Of a stretch of DNA of 64,000 bases, positions 27,853 through 40,938 are shown one piece after another (position 1 is the stretch's first letter; the number at the start of each line of letters is the position of its first letter). Where the stretch lies: contig NC_043009.1 in NCBI RefSeq assembly GCF_006345805.1, forward strand, positions 32,798,001 through 32,862,000, read 5' to 3'. A program made the translations under genes and the position numbers. Source of the DNA: Octopus sinensis. Its lineage: Eukaryota. The notes under the pieces were generated by a model, which saw only the letters and a list, made by a program, of their open reading frames with translations, made no database searches and was not told where the DNA came from.

Positions 27853-27919
<67 letters not shown>

Positions 27920-27948
27920 ATATATATGTATATATATATATAATATAT

Positions 27949-28020
<72 letters not shown>
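27845..28020. repeat. (TA)n microsatellite
   Basis: Direct inspection. Confidence 0.95.
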
Positions 28021-28034
28021 GCAAGGTTCAGGTT

Positions 28035-28785
28035 ACTTAAAATATGTTTGTGACATATTTAAACTGCTAAAAGGCGAATTCACTGCAGTTACCATTGTGA
28101 AAATTTTCTCTTGTGATAAAAAGCTGTAAAAATACCATGTCTGCTCAGATATCGATGTTTCTAGCTCCTTAGAAGTTGTCAATGTGGAATACTTAAGATA
28201 AGCAACTCTGGACAGAGCTTATTAATGTTATAGCTTTAGCTAAAACACTGTCAACAGCATGGATTGATTTGCGCTGTAGACCGCCAGATCGCAGAAATTA
28301 CCGGAATATTAGCACCAAGCATTGTTTAGGCATAAGCAAAGCTTAGATTAGTTAAAATATGTTTTTGACATATTTCAACTACTAAAAGGCAAAGTCACTG
28401 CAGTTAGCGCGAAGAAAAGTTCCTCTTACAATAAAAAAGTGTAAAAATACCATATCGCCTAAAGAATTCTTGGTACTAATATTACGGTAATTTGCACGAC
28501 CTGGCGGTCTAGAGTGCAAAACAATTAAGCTTTTGACTACATTTTATCTAAAGCTATAGCTTTAATAAGGTTTCTCCGCAGTTGCTTCTCTTAGGAATTT
28601 CCCATTGGTGACATCTAAGGAGCTAGAAACATCGATGTGTGTGAATTCCAATCGATAGTGACACTGGACAGCTTTTTACCATTAGAGAAAATATTTTCCG
28701 CGGTAACTGCAATAAATATGCCTTTTAGCAATTAAAATACTAACCTAAACTTTTCTTATACCTAAACACTGCTTGGCGTTAATAT
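28035..28785. repeat. Foldback structure: 315-bp tandem unit followed by an inverted diverged copy
   Basis: ttaaaatatgttt at 28037 and 28352 (direct repeat). 28457-28637 is the reverse complement of about 28150-28332, and 28668-28740 is the reverse complement of about 28058-28130. Confidence 0.85.
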
Positions 28786-28816
28786 CATGCATACATAAAA
28801 ACATACATACATATAT

Positions 28817-28868
<52 letters not shown>

Positions 28869-28871
28869 TAT

Positions 28872-28928
<57 letters not shown>

Positions 28929-28977
28929 GGGAGAGAGAGAGAGAAAGTGAGAGAGAGAAAGAGAGAGAGAGAAAGAA

Positions 28978-29245
28978 GGACCCCTTTGACTATGAATGAC
29001 CATGCAATTGCACCGCGAGGTTCTTTATGGAAGACCACGCTCCCGTTTCTACGCCACCGATATCATTCCATAGAAAGGCAAAGACCGATACAGCTTAGCA
29101 ATACTGACGTTGCGACTCTTTTCTAAAGCTGAGTGACATGGAGCAACGCGAAATAGAGTGTCTTGCACAAGAACACAACACACAGTCCTGTCTAGGAATC
29201 GAACTCGCTACCACAGCATTGTGAACTCGACGCTCTCAGCCATTC
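28978..29245 (-). mobile_element. SINE family C
   Basis: Reverse-complement homolog of 19110-19415. Includes a tRNA-like B box (ggaatcgaac at about 29195-29204). Confidence 0.7.
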
Positions 29246-29269
29246 ACCTTCACCCACACACGCTCACAT

Positions 29270-29630
<361 letters not shown>

Positions 29631-30314
29631 AATGATAAAAAGAATATATAAAATGCAATGCATCTTTGCGCATGTGTAAAAGTATAATTGATGCATGTAC
29701 GTTATCGAAGAGCAGCATTCTGTATGATTAGTTATTTCATATTTCACTTACAGATCTTTTTCTTTATTTACTTTGTAAGGAGAAACATACAAATAAGAAA
29801 GAAGACAGCAAAGGACCACTGATGCGGTCACAGGAAAATGACGAAAGAACTCTGGCCGAAATAAGATTAAGATTAATGCAAAAAATAAATAACGCTGAAG
29901 CAAAGTAACACCAAATATATAGTACGTGTGTTTTTATTGGCTAAACTGGCAAAATGACCATTCCTAAATACAACACTATGATTTCAAATGTATATATATA
30001 TATACAGACAGGCACGAACACATGCACACAAATATATATATATATATACACACACGCAAATGTATATATGTATATAGGAGCCTGCGAATCGACCGTAATC
30101 CTTATAATGACAAGTGGCCCCTAGAGGAGCTTTATGGGATAGCCAAGCGATTCTATGAATCCATATATTACACTACAAATTTATATGTGTATATATATGC
30201 GCTCGTGTGTGTGTTGTGTGTGTGCGCGAGCGCGCGTATGCGCCCTGGCACGCGTGTGTGTGTGTTAAGTAAAATGAGACAATAAAGCCTTCAGGACTCA
30301 TTTATAAAGAGAAA

Positions 30315-30362
30315 GTCTTACAGCTGTTTCTGGGATGTTAGGAATGTCCCTTCATCAGAAAC
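30315..30362 (-). ncRNA. Type I hammerhead ribozyme motif (PLE-type, palindromic stem III)
   Basis: Minus strand: gttt-CTGATGA-a-ggga(cattcctaaca)tccc-a-GAAAC-AGCT-GTA-agac. Predicted cleavage after GUA, between 30319 and 30318. Confidence 0.6.
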
Positions 30363-30373
30363 GATGTGAGATG

Positions 30374-30410
<37 letters not shown>

Positions 30411-31899
30411 CATAAATATGTGTGTGTGTATGTGTGTAAATAGATTCTATACATACATTGTACACATTCCTCCACTGGCATTGTGCATTTCATACTTTTA
30501 TGCTTTTTCAAATGTGTGTATTTCCTTGATTCCTGTTGATTTTTGTTTTTCTCCTTCATATCTCATTTGTTACTTATTTTATTTGTGTTATATATATGTA
30601 CGTGCCTGTGTTTCTGTGTATTTGTCTGAGTATGTCTATAAGTGTATACAGCTTTCATATACTTATACATATTTATAGAGGAAATATTTCAATGTGTAAG
30701 CATAGTGTTTTCGTTCGTGTGAACATAATTTGTGTCCCTAGATAAGACAGTGGGTTAGAATGAAAAAAGCCACTAATACAAGACGAAACTCACAAAACAA
30801 GTTAATCAAGTTTAGACAGAGATTTTTAATGATTATATTAAATATGTCCTGCTGATATTTATTAGCTTTAGGTGAAATTAAACTATGTCTCAATTTCAAC
30901 TTAATGTGTTCTTTTGAAAATATCTTTCAGACTGTTTAACAAATGTCCATTGTATAATGTCTTTTATCAGTACAAGAAGTAACTTTCTCGCGAGAGGAAG
31001 AGCGAAAACAAGTCTACGACTTTGATGAATGATAAAACTTCGTATCGTATTTGGACATTTTCATTTGTTAAGTTTGCTTTTGGTAGTTTGTAGAGTTTGT
31101 TTTTATACCATTTTGTTAAAATTTTTATAAAGATTGACGCAACTAAATATGATTTGAGAGCATTTTTCCTTTTTATTAGTCTTTCACTATTTCTCCTCCT
31201 TCTTCTCCTCCTCTACCTTTTTTGCTCTTGCTTTTGTATTTTTCTCATTTTCTTCGTGTTGTGGATTGGCAGAGAAAGTTGAGTGCGAAGAACTAAACGC
31301 CTTGAGGTATTTATTTGCAATCCTTTAAGTTCTGTGTTCAAGTCCAGCCGAGACCAATTTGCTATCGATAATCCCGTTGTCCGCTGTGAACAGCGTTATG
31401 ATATTTATGTTATGACAATAGTCTTCATTTCAATGAATGGGCTTCCATATAATTTGAGTAAGGGAATGGTTTATCCATAGAGATTTGAAATACGTTTTAA
31501 AGATCTTTAGCAAATGGCCACTTGGCATCTTTTAAATTTTACAAGATGCCAACCTAAAAAATGGCAGTAAGATGTACTAAAACTACGTTTGTGGAAGCAA
31601 TAAACTAAGGAAAGTCCAAACCATCTATTATTGAAAAGAAAAACAAAATTTAATACCAAAACAAAACTTGCCAAAAACATCAATTTCAAATCATAAACAC
31701 CAACGACAACCACAAGAACAACATCGCTCCAATGTTTATCCCTGCTCTTTTGACATAAATGAGTGTTTCGACTAGCACCGGCTCAGAGAAAGAGAAAAGA
31801 ACTGACCAATATGCTGCACAAACGGCAGGGCAGCCTTTTCCGATTAAAGGTTAATTGGCAGATGTCATACAAGTAACTTTTTAATTTCCTAAAAGAAAG

Positions 31900-32400
31900 A
31901 ATATTTGGACCAATCCTGTCAGGTGAGTGGAAAATATGTGCTTCATTGACGTGTGTATATCCAGTTTGATTGAGGAGGAGACAAGTAATGTTGTCCATTG
32001 ACAGCAGGGCTGAGAAGGTCAATTGGGCACACAAGTGATAGGAAGAGTCATTTAAAGACGTTGCTCATGGAAGAGGAAGGAATGCAATTAGAGCGAGGGC
32101 GACAGATAGTGAAAAAGGCAGCAGCCGTAAGTGCAGCATCCCGTAGAGGAGAAGATAATGTGTAATCTACCTGTCGTGTCCTCCCAGTTGCAGATCAACC
32201 AAAAGCCAGAGTGGAATCAAATAAACCATCTCCTTAATAGCGTCACCAGCATCATTGATCAACGAATACGGAAACAAATTATTGATTCATAACAGAAGCG
32301 ACAATTTAGAAGAGCTGAAGATTGTATATGGGTTGGAAATTGTCCGAATGAGAAAAACAAAATAACAGTCAAAAAGCGTCACCAGGATATTGAAATAAGG
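31900..32400 (-). mobile_element. Highly degenerate LINE (CR1/Jockey-like) RT remnant
   Basis: Minus frame SHSDNFQPI...IVASVMNQ*FVSVF resembles the RT motif SNPxNYRPISLLS...KVMESIINQ. Many stop codons. Confidence 0.4.
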
Positions 32401-32853
32401 GACTTGGAGAAGGAAAGTTCCTCCTTGGATCACTTAAGATTCTCAACTGTTCAAACTACCAAAAATAGGATGATGGCTCAACCAAATGGCTTGACTGAAG
32501 AGGAATGAGATGAAGATGGTGATCAGACAATAAAACCATCTCAGGAAACTTGTCATTTTGTCCATCACAGAAGATACTCACCGATACATTCGGAAGTACC
32601 GAAAATCCATGACAGGGTTGGTGACAAGCCACCAGAGTCTATCGCGGTTGTTGCTTGTCACCCATTTTTGGGTGAAATATCCATCTTTCTACTTTTGTGT
32701 CTTATATTCCATACTATTAACCCTTCTTTCAAAACTGGTTTATGATTTGGTGCTTCGCCATCTTGTATATATAAGTGTGTGCGTGTAGTGAGAGAGAGAG
32801 AGACGGAGAAAGAGGGACGGAGAGAGAGTGAGATAGTTTGATACATACAAACA

Positions 32854-32963
<110 letters not shown>

Positions 32964-32980
32964 ATATATATATATACACG

Positions 32981-33158
32981 TCAGTAAAAAGCACCCACTA
33001 CACTCTCGGAGAGGTGAGTGTTAAGAAGGGCATCCAGCTGTAGAAAGATTGCCAGGTCAGATTAGAGCCTGGTGGTGTCTCCTGTCTTGCCAGTCATCAG
33101 TAAAACCGCACAACCCATGCCAGCATGGAAACCGGACGTTTTATGATGATGATGATGA
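32981..33158 (+). mobile_element. Retroelement 3' end (SINE or RTE-type tail) ending in (GAT)n
   Basis: gtaaaaagcacccactacactc...gaagggcatccagctgtagaa...caacccatgccagcatggaa...ggacgtt-(atg)n. Family assigned from recollection of octopus repeats. Confidence 0.55.
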
Positions 33159-33465
33159 CAAGGAGGAGGAGGATATATACCTATATACATACGTACGTAC
33201 ATATATGTGTATGTATGTGCGTGTGTGTACTTATAAGAGCTTACGCATTTGTGCGTATATGTGTGAGCGTGTAATCGCTCCACCGACACCCAACGCCGCT
33301 GCATGTTCTCGCTTTAGAAACCCGTCTCGCATTAGGCATTTTTGCGTTCTGTGTACGAAACCTTGTCGCAAATGAAGGAGTATTAATTTTAAGATTTATT
33401 TTGATTTTTGGTATCGTCCTCAATATGATCTCCTCCACTTTTATCATCATTAACACCAGTGGCAG

Positions 33466-33472
33466 CAGTAAC

Positions 33473-33529
<57 letters not shown>

Positions 33530-33559
33530 TGTTGTAGTAGCAGCAGTAGCAGCAGCAGC

Positions 33560-33593
<34 letters not shown>

Positions 33594-33754
33594 TTGTCGT
33601 AGCAGTAGCAGCAGCAGCAGTAGTAACAGCAGTAGTAGCAGTAGTGGTGGTGGTGATGGTTGTAATAGTAGTAGTTGTTGTTGTTGTTGTTGTAGTAATA
33701 TTAGTAGTAGTAGTAGTAACAGCAGTAGTAGCAGTAGTGGTGGTGGTGATGGTT

Positions 33755-33793
<39 letters not shown>

Positions 33794-33835
33794 TAGTAGT
33801 AGTTGTAATAGTAGTTGTAGTAGTAGTAGTTATTG
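33466..33835. repeat. Compound (GTA)/(GCA)/(GTT)/(GTG) trinucleotide array with a higher-order duplicated block
   Basis: Direct inspection. The 204-aa and 131-aa ORFs here are poly-T/L/S/V artefacts. Confidence 0.95.
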
Positions 33836-36237
33836 TGGTTGTTATATTTTGTCATGTCAAAGTGTTATATTTTGTCATGTCAAACTTCATTATTTGAGAA
33901 TATTTTGTTTAAATGTTACAAAAGAGATATTTCAGAAACAAAACTTCCTGAAAGAGAAAAAATTCCGCTCAAGCCAATATTTTCGTCATTTTTACCTTAT
34001 CTTTTTTTCTCTCTTTTTCCGTATATTTTCTTATGAAACATAATACTACATAGCTGGAAATATTTTTATAGCTTTTTCCATTCAATCTGTAGAATAGTTT
34101 AAAGTTGAAATTCTCAAAGCAATATGTGTCGTGCCAGGTTTAAAGCTAACTAGGTTGTGTATCTTTCAGTGCTACCTCTTCTTCCAAAACTATTTTCACC
34201 AATTTTACTTTAATCGTAGCTCATGTGCTATATAAATACACGCAGAGCGCAAATAAAGATCTCTCTTGCGTCCTCTTGTTGTGCAGTAATTTTCATGTTA
34301 ATTTTATAAAACACATGAAAAATAAATTGTTGTTTATACAATTTAACATGATGTAAGTTTTATATAACGAAATGGTTTTTGCTCAGTTTTCAATCCTTAT
34401 GTTTTAAATTCAAATTCCATCGAACTGTTTCGTCCTTTGACAGTCGAAAATTCCTAACATAAAGACCAGAAATATAGATTCAGTTGCATGAACGATTACT
34501 TCCTCTAAATATTTTTCGCAATGCTTCCATTGTTACTGGCGACTCCTCGGAGTACAACCTGGCGTACATCTTTCTACTTGCAATGAAACACTTTGACATG
34601 AAAGGAACAGACATCGCCATTCGAGAAAAGACTACCTCTTTTTGGTTGTTACTTTCAAAAGCTCGGGGTGCAATGTGAGGGTGGGGGGTTTAATTGATAT
34701 TTATATTTCGTTTCATTTCTTTTTTGTTGCAGTGTGTTACCTTTTTGACAATAATTACAATGTCATTAGTTTAGGGAATGAACCTGACTTTACATAAGTC
34801 AAACCTTTGAAGTAATAATGCGTGGCCTGCTAATTAAGAGAAACGTTTGTAGTTTGTGGTTGACAAATTAGAAATATAAATTACTCAAATAAATCATTCA
34901 TACAACTGAATTCAAAACTCGCCTCGTACTTAGGTTATAAATTCTAGATAGTTGAAGGAAGACGAAGCCCAGTGTAATTCGAACTGGACTATTTTCCCTC
35001 GCGGAACCATAAATTAAACATACTAATGAAATTCATAAACCTTTCCGATCGATAATGTTATCATGGGATTATGATTTCTTCGTTTATTAAATTGACTTTA
35101 AGAGTAGAAACTATGATAGCTAAAAATAATTCCCCAATATTTTACTTATCTTCTATTCGCCTCTGTGTTTCATTGCAAAATAATTGACCATCATACACGC
35201 ACTCAGTACATTCAAAAGATAGATCATAATCAGGATGTGTTCCTTCTTATATCACTGGTTCGTAATCGAGTCTGTATATATTTACAGTAGCTGACGACTG
35301 TTATAAATATTATTTAATGCATAAACGATTGGAACTTCATTCAAATGTAAAAGTGCATAATAAGAAGAATAGGCTGATAACAGATACATTCAAATGATTT
35401 AAGAGGCTTATATACACCCATTCAGATAAGCCTTTGGACGCACGTTCACGCGCTCACGTATTGCAGTTATAAGCCCTATTGTCTCTAATCTCCATTTCCT
35501 TTTATTTACCAGGAATCAAGTACTGTTATTCCTTTAAGTACCTTACTATAAATCATGAAATGTGTTGAAATAGTATTCTAAGGAATTATATTTCTGAATG
35601 GTTGAATACCTTGAATCCTTCACCATTTAAAAATTTATTTTACTATTTTTGTTTATGAAAACGTCACTTTTGTTTTTGTCTATCCAACCATTATACGCAC
35701 ATCTCTCTGCGCCCCATACATACACACTTACTCACTACCCACATATCCACGACTATATTCACCGCTCGCAATACGTACCTATATACAACCACATACACAC
35801 AAGTTATGCAGAAAGATTAAATAATCTTTTCTTTTATTAATAATAACTTTTCTTAATTTATCTATTTTTTTTTTTTGCCTTTTAAGATGTATTTACTGAA
35901 ATTTCAAGGAAAGAAACTAAAAATAATTTTAACTGGTGGATACAAAATAGAATTATAAAAACAATAACATTTTTATCAAAATCATGAAGCAAATAATAAT
36001 GATACCAGCTATTTTTACTCTTTTTACACAGAAATAGTAATTTCTGAAGATATTTCCTTTAAATCTACTGATAGGTTTCACCTTCAGCAATAAATATCTT
36101 AAAGTTAAATATTCGACCAGAGTCATTGCTCCAGGGTACATTATAGTAAAGGGGGAAAAAACACAAAAATAGGACGAGATTGAAAAAGTTGAAATGATTT
36201 TCATCAAAGTTCTGTTCAATCAGGGCCGTCTAAGGGA

Positions 36238-36329
36238 TGACCAACAACAACAACAGCAACAACAATAACTAAAAGTACTACTACTAATAATAATAATAAT
36301 AATAGTAGTAGTAGTAGTAGTAGCAGTAT

Positions 36330-36386
<57 letters not shown>

Positions 36387-36400
36387 CAATAATAATAATA

Positions 36401-36449
<49 letters not shown>

Positions 36450-36450
36450 C
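36238..36450. repeat. Compound (CAA)/(TAG)/(TAA) trinucleotide array
   Basis: Direct inspection. Confidence 0.95.
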
Positions 36451-36837
36451 ATACTCTTCTGCTACGACTATCTGCAAGTTATTTTCGTTCGAACTGCATC
36501 AAATCAATATGAAGAAGATTTTCAGTGCAAAAGTAAGTTGCGATTGGAATGCGATGAGATGTAGAGAGTTTGCAAACCACTTGCTCTGCAGTGCAGAAAA
36601 GAGGTTGAGCACGATAAGGATCTGGAATTAGAAGAGGTGTGAACCGTAAAAGCGCTACGAGTACCTGGAGTAGTAATAACTGGGACACAAATAATGCTTC
36701 ATCCATTCCACCCGGAGACGGTGTCTGACTACCGGAATATCCGAAACGCCCAATGAATTATACCCCAAACCCCCATCCTAAGAAAAGTCACAGATGTCCT
36801 GATGATGTTCCTTTGTTACATCACGTATATAACTAAA

Positions 36838-37310
36838 GTGGATGTGTGGTAAGAATATTTCTAACTGCAACATTCCGAGTTCAGTCCCACTATGTGGCAC
36901 CTTGAGCAAATGTCTTCTGCTATAGCCTCGGACCGAGCAAAGCCTTGTGAGTGGATTTGATAAACAGAAACTGAAAGAAGCCCGGCGTATGTAAAAATAC
37001 ATATCTGTATGTGTGTATGTATAAATTCATATCTGTATGTGTGTATGTATAACTACATACCTGTATGTGTGTATGTATAAATATATGTGTAAATGTAAAA
37101 TCTATATATGTGTAAATGCATACATATATAAATACATATAAATACATGTATGTGTTTGTCTGTGTGCGTTTACGTTCCCATAACTTAACGGTTCGGCACA
37201 AGAGTCCGATAGAATAAGTGTCAGGGTTAAAAAATGAATGTCCTGGGCTCGATTTATGCGACTAAAACTTCTTCAAGGCAGTGCTCCAGCATGACCACTG
37301 TCTAATGACT
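36838..37310 (+). mobile_element. SINE family B, near full length, with internal micro/minisatellite
   Basis: tRNA-like head (gtgtggtaag...gagttcagtccc), body gcaaatgtcttctgctatagcctcggaccgagcaaagccttgtgagtggatttg, a TA/TG tract, then the family-B tail. Confidence 0.8.
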
Positions 37311-40300
37311 TGTAATCTCTAACACAGGAGAATAGTTGTAAAACAGCTTTAGAAAATCGAAAAATATACCCCTACAAGTAGAAACAAGTAGCCACAGAAA
37401 CGAACTCCGTACTTCTGAAATTCTGAGGTCTTTGTACCATTGAGCTAAATGGTCAGCTATAAAACCAGTGGCACAACAGAGTTTGAGACGACCAGTAATC
37501 AGCGGCACTTTAGGTTGATTCATTCTCCTAGAAGGAAGTTCTAACGAGAACTCGGTGCCTTTCACTTCCAGTGTTTCTCATGGTAATTAATCCATGCCTG
37601 TGACATAACCAGGTGCTATTACTTCGGGTTTCAATGGATCCGGGTGTATCCGTCAAAACCCCGGGTCTTATGCACAAGAGCGTTATATAATAATTGTTTT
37701 AAAATAACTTCACCTCTTCGTTTATATTGTCCAGTGATTCAACTTTTGTAGAAATTTTAGTATTCGTAAATTCACAGTTGACCAAAACATTAACCCTTTT
37801 CTCGCTACAATTAAAGAACAAATTACCGTTGTCAATGTTAGAAATAGCAGCTGAATTTCTATTAAATCACACAACCCTATCTCAAATAAAGAACTGTCAG
37901 GTAAACTGAACAAGAGAATAGTTATGTGGTCTCTCGACCTACAAGAAATTGTTGCTATATCTCCCTCATATAACAATTTAGGGAATGGAAAATTGGATAT
38001 CGTAGTTCCGGGTCCCTTAAACATTGAAAAATGGCTGAAATACGTTTGATCAATGGACAGCTTGATAGTCGATCCTGACTGACCTAGGGTTAAACAACAA
38101 CAGTGAGAAGTAAGACAACATGTCTTATATAAATTATGTTGTCTTACATACATTATGACAGTCTCACAAGTGTATGTTGATCACACGTTCATAAATACGT
38201 ACACACAGGCAAAGATACATACAGACACATTTTCACATATAGACAGACAGGCACACATACATTTATAGATGTATATACGATTGTTTTCCATATATAAGAC
38301 TAAGCTTTATATAGGGAAGTAGTATCCTCTGTGAATTTATTCAGCTATCGTGTTAATGAACTTATTTTGTAATAACAACAGACAAATGGGGAAAAAAACT
38401 TCAGTACATGTTCAATTTGAATACAAACTTGGAAATGGCGAAACAGAACAGTGTAACACATATATGATAAACAGCCTTCCTCGTTTCTCTCCTTTCATAT
38501 AACGAATAGTTTTAAGCATAAAAAAAATGTGCATCACATAAAGACTAATGAGGAACGCCAGGTAGTTTTATTCAAAGACAGTAATGGTAATATTAAAATA
38601 ATGATTTATAGATTCATAGATAACCACTTAGTAAGAACGTCTGTCACATATCAGATTTTATGCTACATATGTGAAATATTTCAGCAATTTTTCTTCATGT
38701 TACAGACAATAGGTGATATTTGTACGATTTTATATTCCAACTCCACTACAACAAGATATATTGCAGATAAGTATTTCTGTTATGATCAGCTTTCTGTCTA
38801 CACTTTAATATATGTGAGTTCAACGAATTAAAGAGCACATTTGAGTGCCTTGAAGAGACGGCATATTTCAGTCGGTATTGCCGATATCATGTTAAGAAAA
38901 CACGTATATTCCCATAATAATATAAATTCTCATCTTAAAAGTAATATGAAATCTCTTTGTGATTCCCCCACTATCTATTTATCTATCTATCTGTCTTTCT
39001 ATTTCTCTCTCTAGCTCTACTTTGTACATATGTCTACAGATATAGCTAGCCGTCTATGTCAAACACATATGAAGAGGGTGGCTCACATTTGTACGAACAT
39101 TAATGAATGTCAGATATCGAGAATATTTTATATATATTTATACGCTTACATACACTAGCCAACACATATGCTTCTCTCTCTCTCTCTCTCTCTTACTCTC
39201 TCTCTCTCCCGCTCTCTCTTTTTTCTCTCTCTCTTTCTGTTATGTGTGTGTATGTGTTAGTGTGCGTATATGTATATATATATGATTGTGTGTATGATTA
39301 TATGTATGTATGTATGCATGTATGTATGTATGTATACATATACAGATAAACGTAAAATGGCGAGAGAGAGATAATAAGAGTGATATATTGTACAAGATGT
39401 CCACGAAGACAAAGATTGTTATAAGTCAAACATAATTTTTATCTCAGCTAATTTCCTTGTTCAATTTAAAGTAACATAAAATAAAATAAACATTAAACTG
39501 AAACCAATCGGCCGTTCACTAACCTAACAAACAACCATTTCTGAAGAAAATTTCTAAATTTGTAATTTTCAGACGTCTTATGCCATTAGAAAGTTCTCAT
39601 AAGTAATATATTCCTTAAATAACTTCACACTTGAACAAGACTAATAATTGCAAAGGAAATGAGCCAAAACGAAAATTTGCTTAGCAAAATTCTTACATTA
39701 GGCCAAATATCACACATTACTTTCAAGTAAATAATTGTATTTCGATATTTTGTGGTTGAATTAAAAGATTCTAAAATCCCTGATAAAATATATGTTAACA
39801 AATTAAACCCATGAAACGAATGTAATAAGTTTTAAAATAGTACGAATAAAGTATGCTGCCTTTCATGGAGTGGTTGTGTTTAATGCAGTTCTTAGGGGGA
39901 AAGGGTGGAAGGCATTATATCAAATGGTCCTTTGATCATATTGCAACGGTTGATGTTGAACGTCAGTACATGTGGACCAACTTTTACAGAAAATATTTAA
40001 TCATAGAAGTGACTAGTTTTAGCATTTGAACGTGTTAAAGAGAATGAACTTCTACAAAAAGCATGAACGGATCAAATAGTCATGAGAAACTTAGGGGTGT
40101 GGTAGAATATCTTTTAACGCTGTTTTTCAAACATTTTAATCATCATATTATAGAAAGACGGCTTACTTGTGACAAACTGTGGGTGCTACTAATATCTTGG
40201 CCTAGAAATTGGAGCAGAAATAAGGCTACTGAAATATATTTGCAAATCAAAAGGAATTTGTCTCCAGGCTACCTTATAAAAATCTACTTGAGATGCACAC

Positions 40301-40669
40301 ATAAAACTACCAAGACCTTTAATATTATTAAAACGGAACAACAACTGTGAATGCGATTTATACCCGTAGAACCAATCGTATTTTAAGTAATGCACAGAAC
40401 GTGATTTTTTACTGCTAAATCAAAAATCTGCTAAGACACAAAAGGACCAAAATGGTGTTAATATTAGTAATAACTAGTTACATGATTTTTAAATATACTG
40501 TATATCGGCTCTGCAAATATCAGATAACAACATGCCAGAAAAAAATATTTAATATGCATTCCTTCCAAGAAATACATATTAAATATTTTTAAGCCATCAA
40601 CACAATATTTTTTTTTTTACATAAAATAACGCTCTACATTTATATGGAATCTCAGACCCACGAATACTA

Positions 40670-40938
40670 ACAACTACATTATTTACATTTTTTACAATTG
40701 ACGGATATTTGTCCTCATCTTTTTTGTCGTTAACAAAACGTTTCGACTGATATACCCTCCAGCCTTCATCATGTGTCTTGGAGAAAGTTCGAAGCTGGGT
40801 TCTCATTCTTAAGGTATTTTTCGATGTTATTATTACTATTATTATTATTATTCACGTCACTACCTGGAATCGAACTCGGAATCTAAGGGTTAGTAGCCCG
40901 CGCTCTTAACCACTATGCCATATGCCCACGGGCATATG
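40670..40938 (-). mobile_element. Composite element: tRNA-like Pol III head + (AAT)n + degenerate minimal hammerhead + AT-rich end
   Basis: A box TGGCATAGTGG (40920-40910), B box AGTTCGATTCC (40876-40866), (AAT)n at 40828-40852, then acac-aTGATGA-a-ggctg(10 nt)cagtc-GAAACGT-T-ttgt (40776-40732). Confidence 0.65.

Noticed and set aside
37722-38153. 143-aa non-repetitive minus-strand ORF
   Set aside because: No recognisable domain or splice context. An ORF of this length can occur by chance in 64 kb.
40850-40927. tRNA gene
   Set aside because: A and B boxes are present, but there is no convincing acceptor stem, the anticodon-like ACT is atypical and an (AAT)n run follows. Treated as a SINE-type head.
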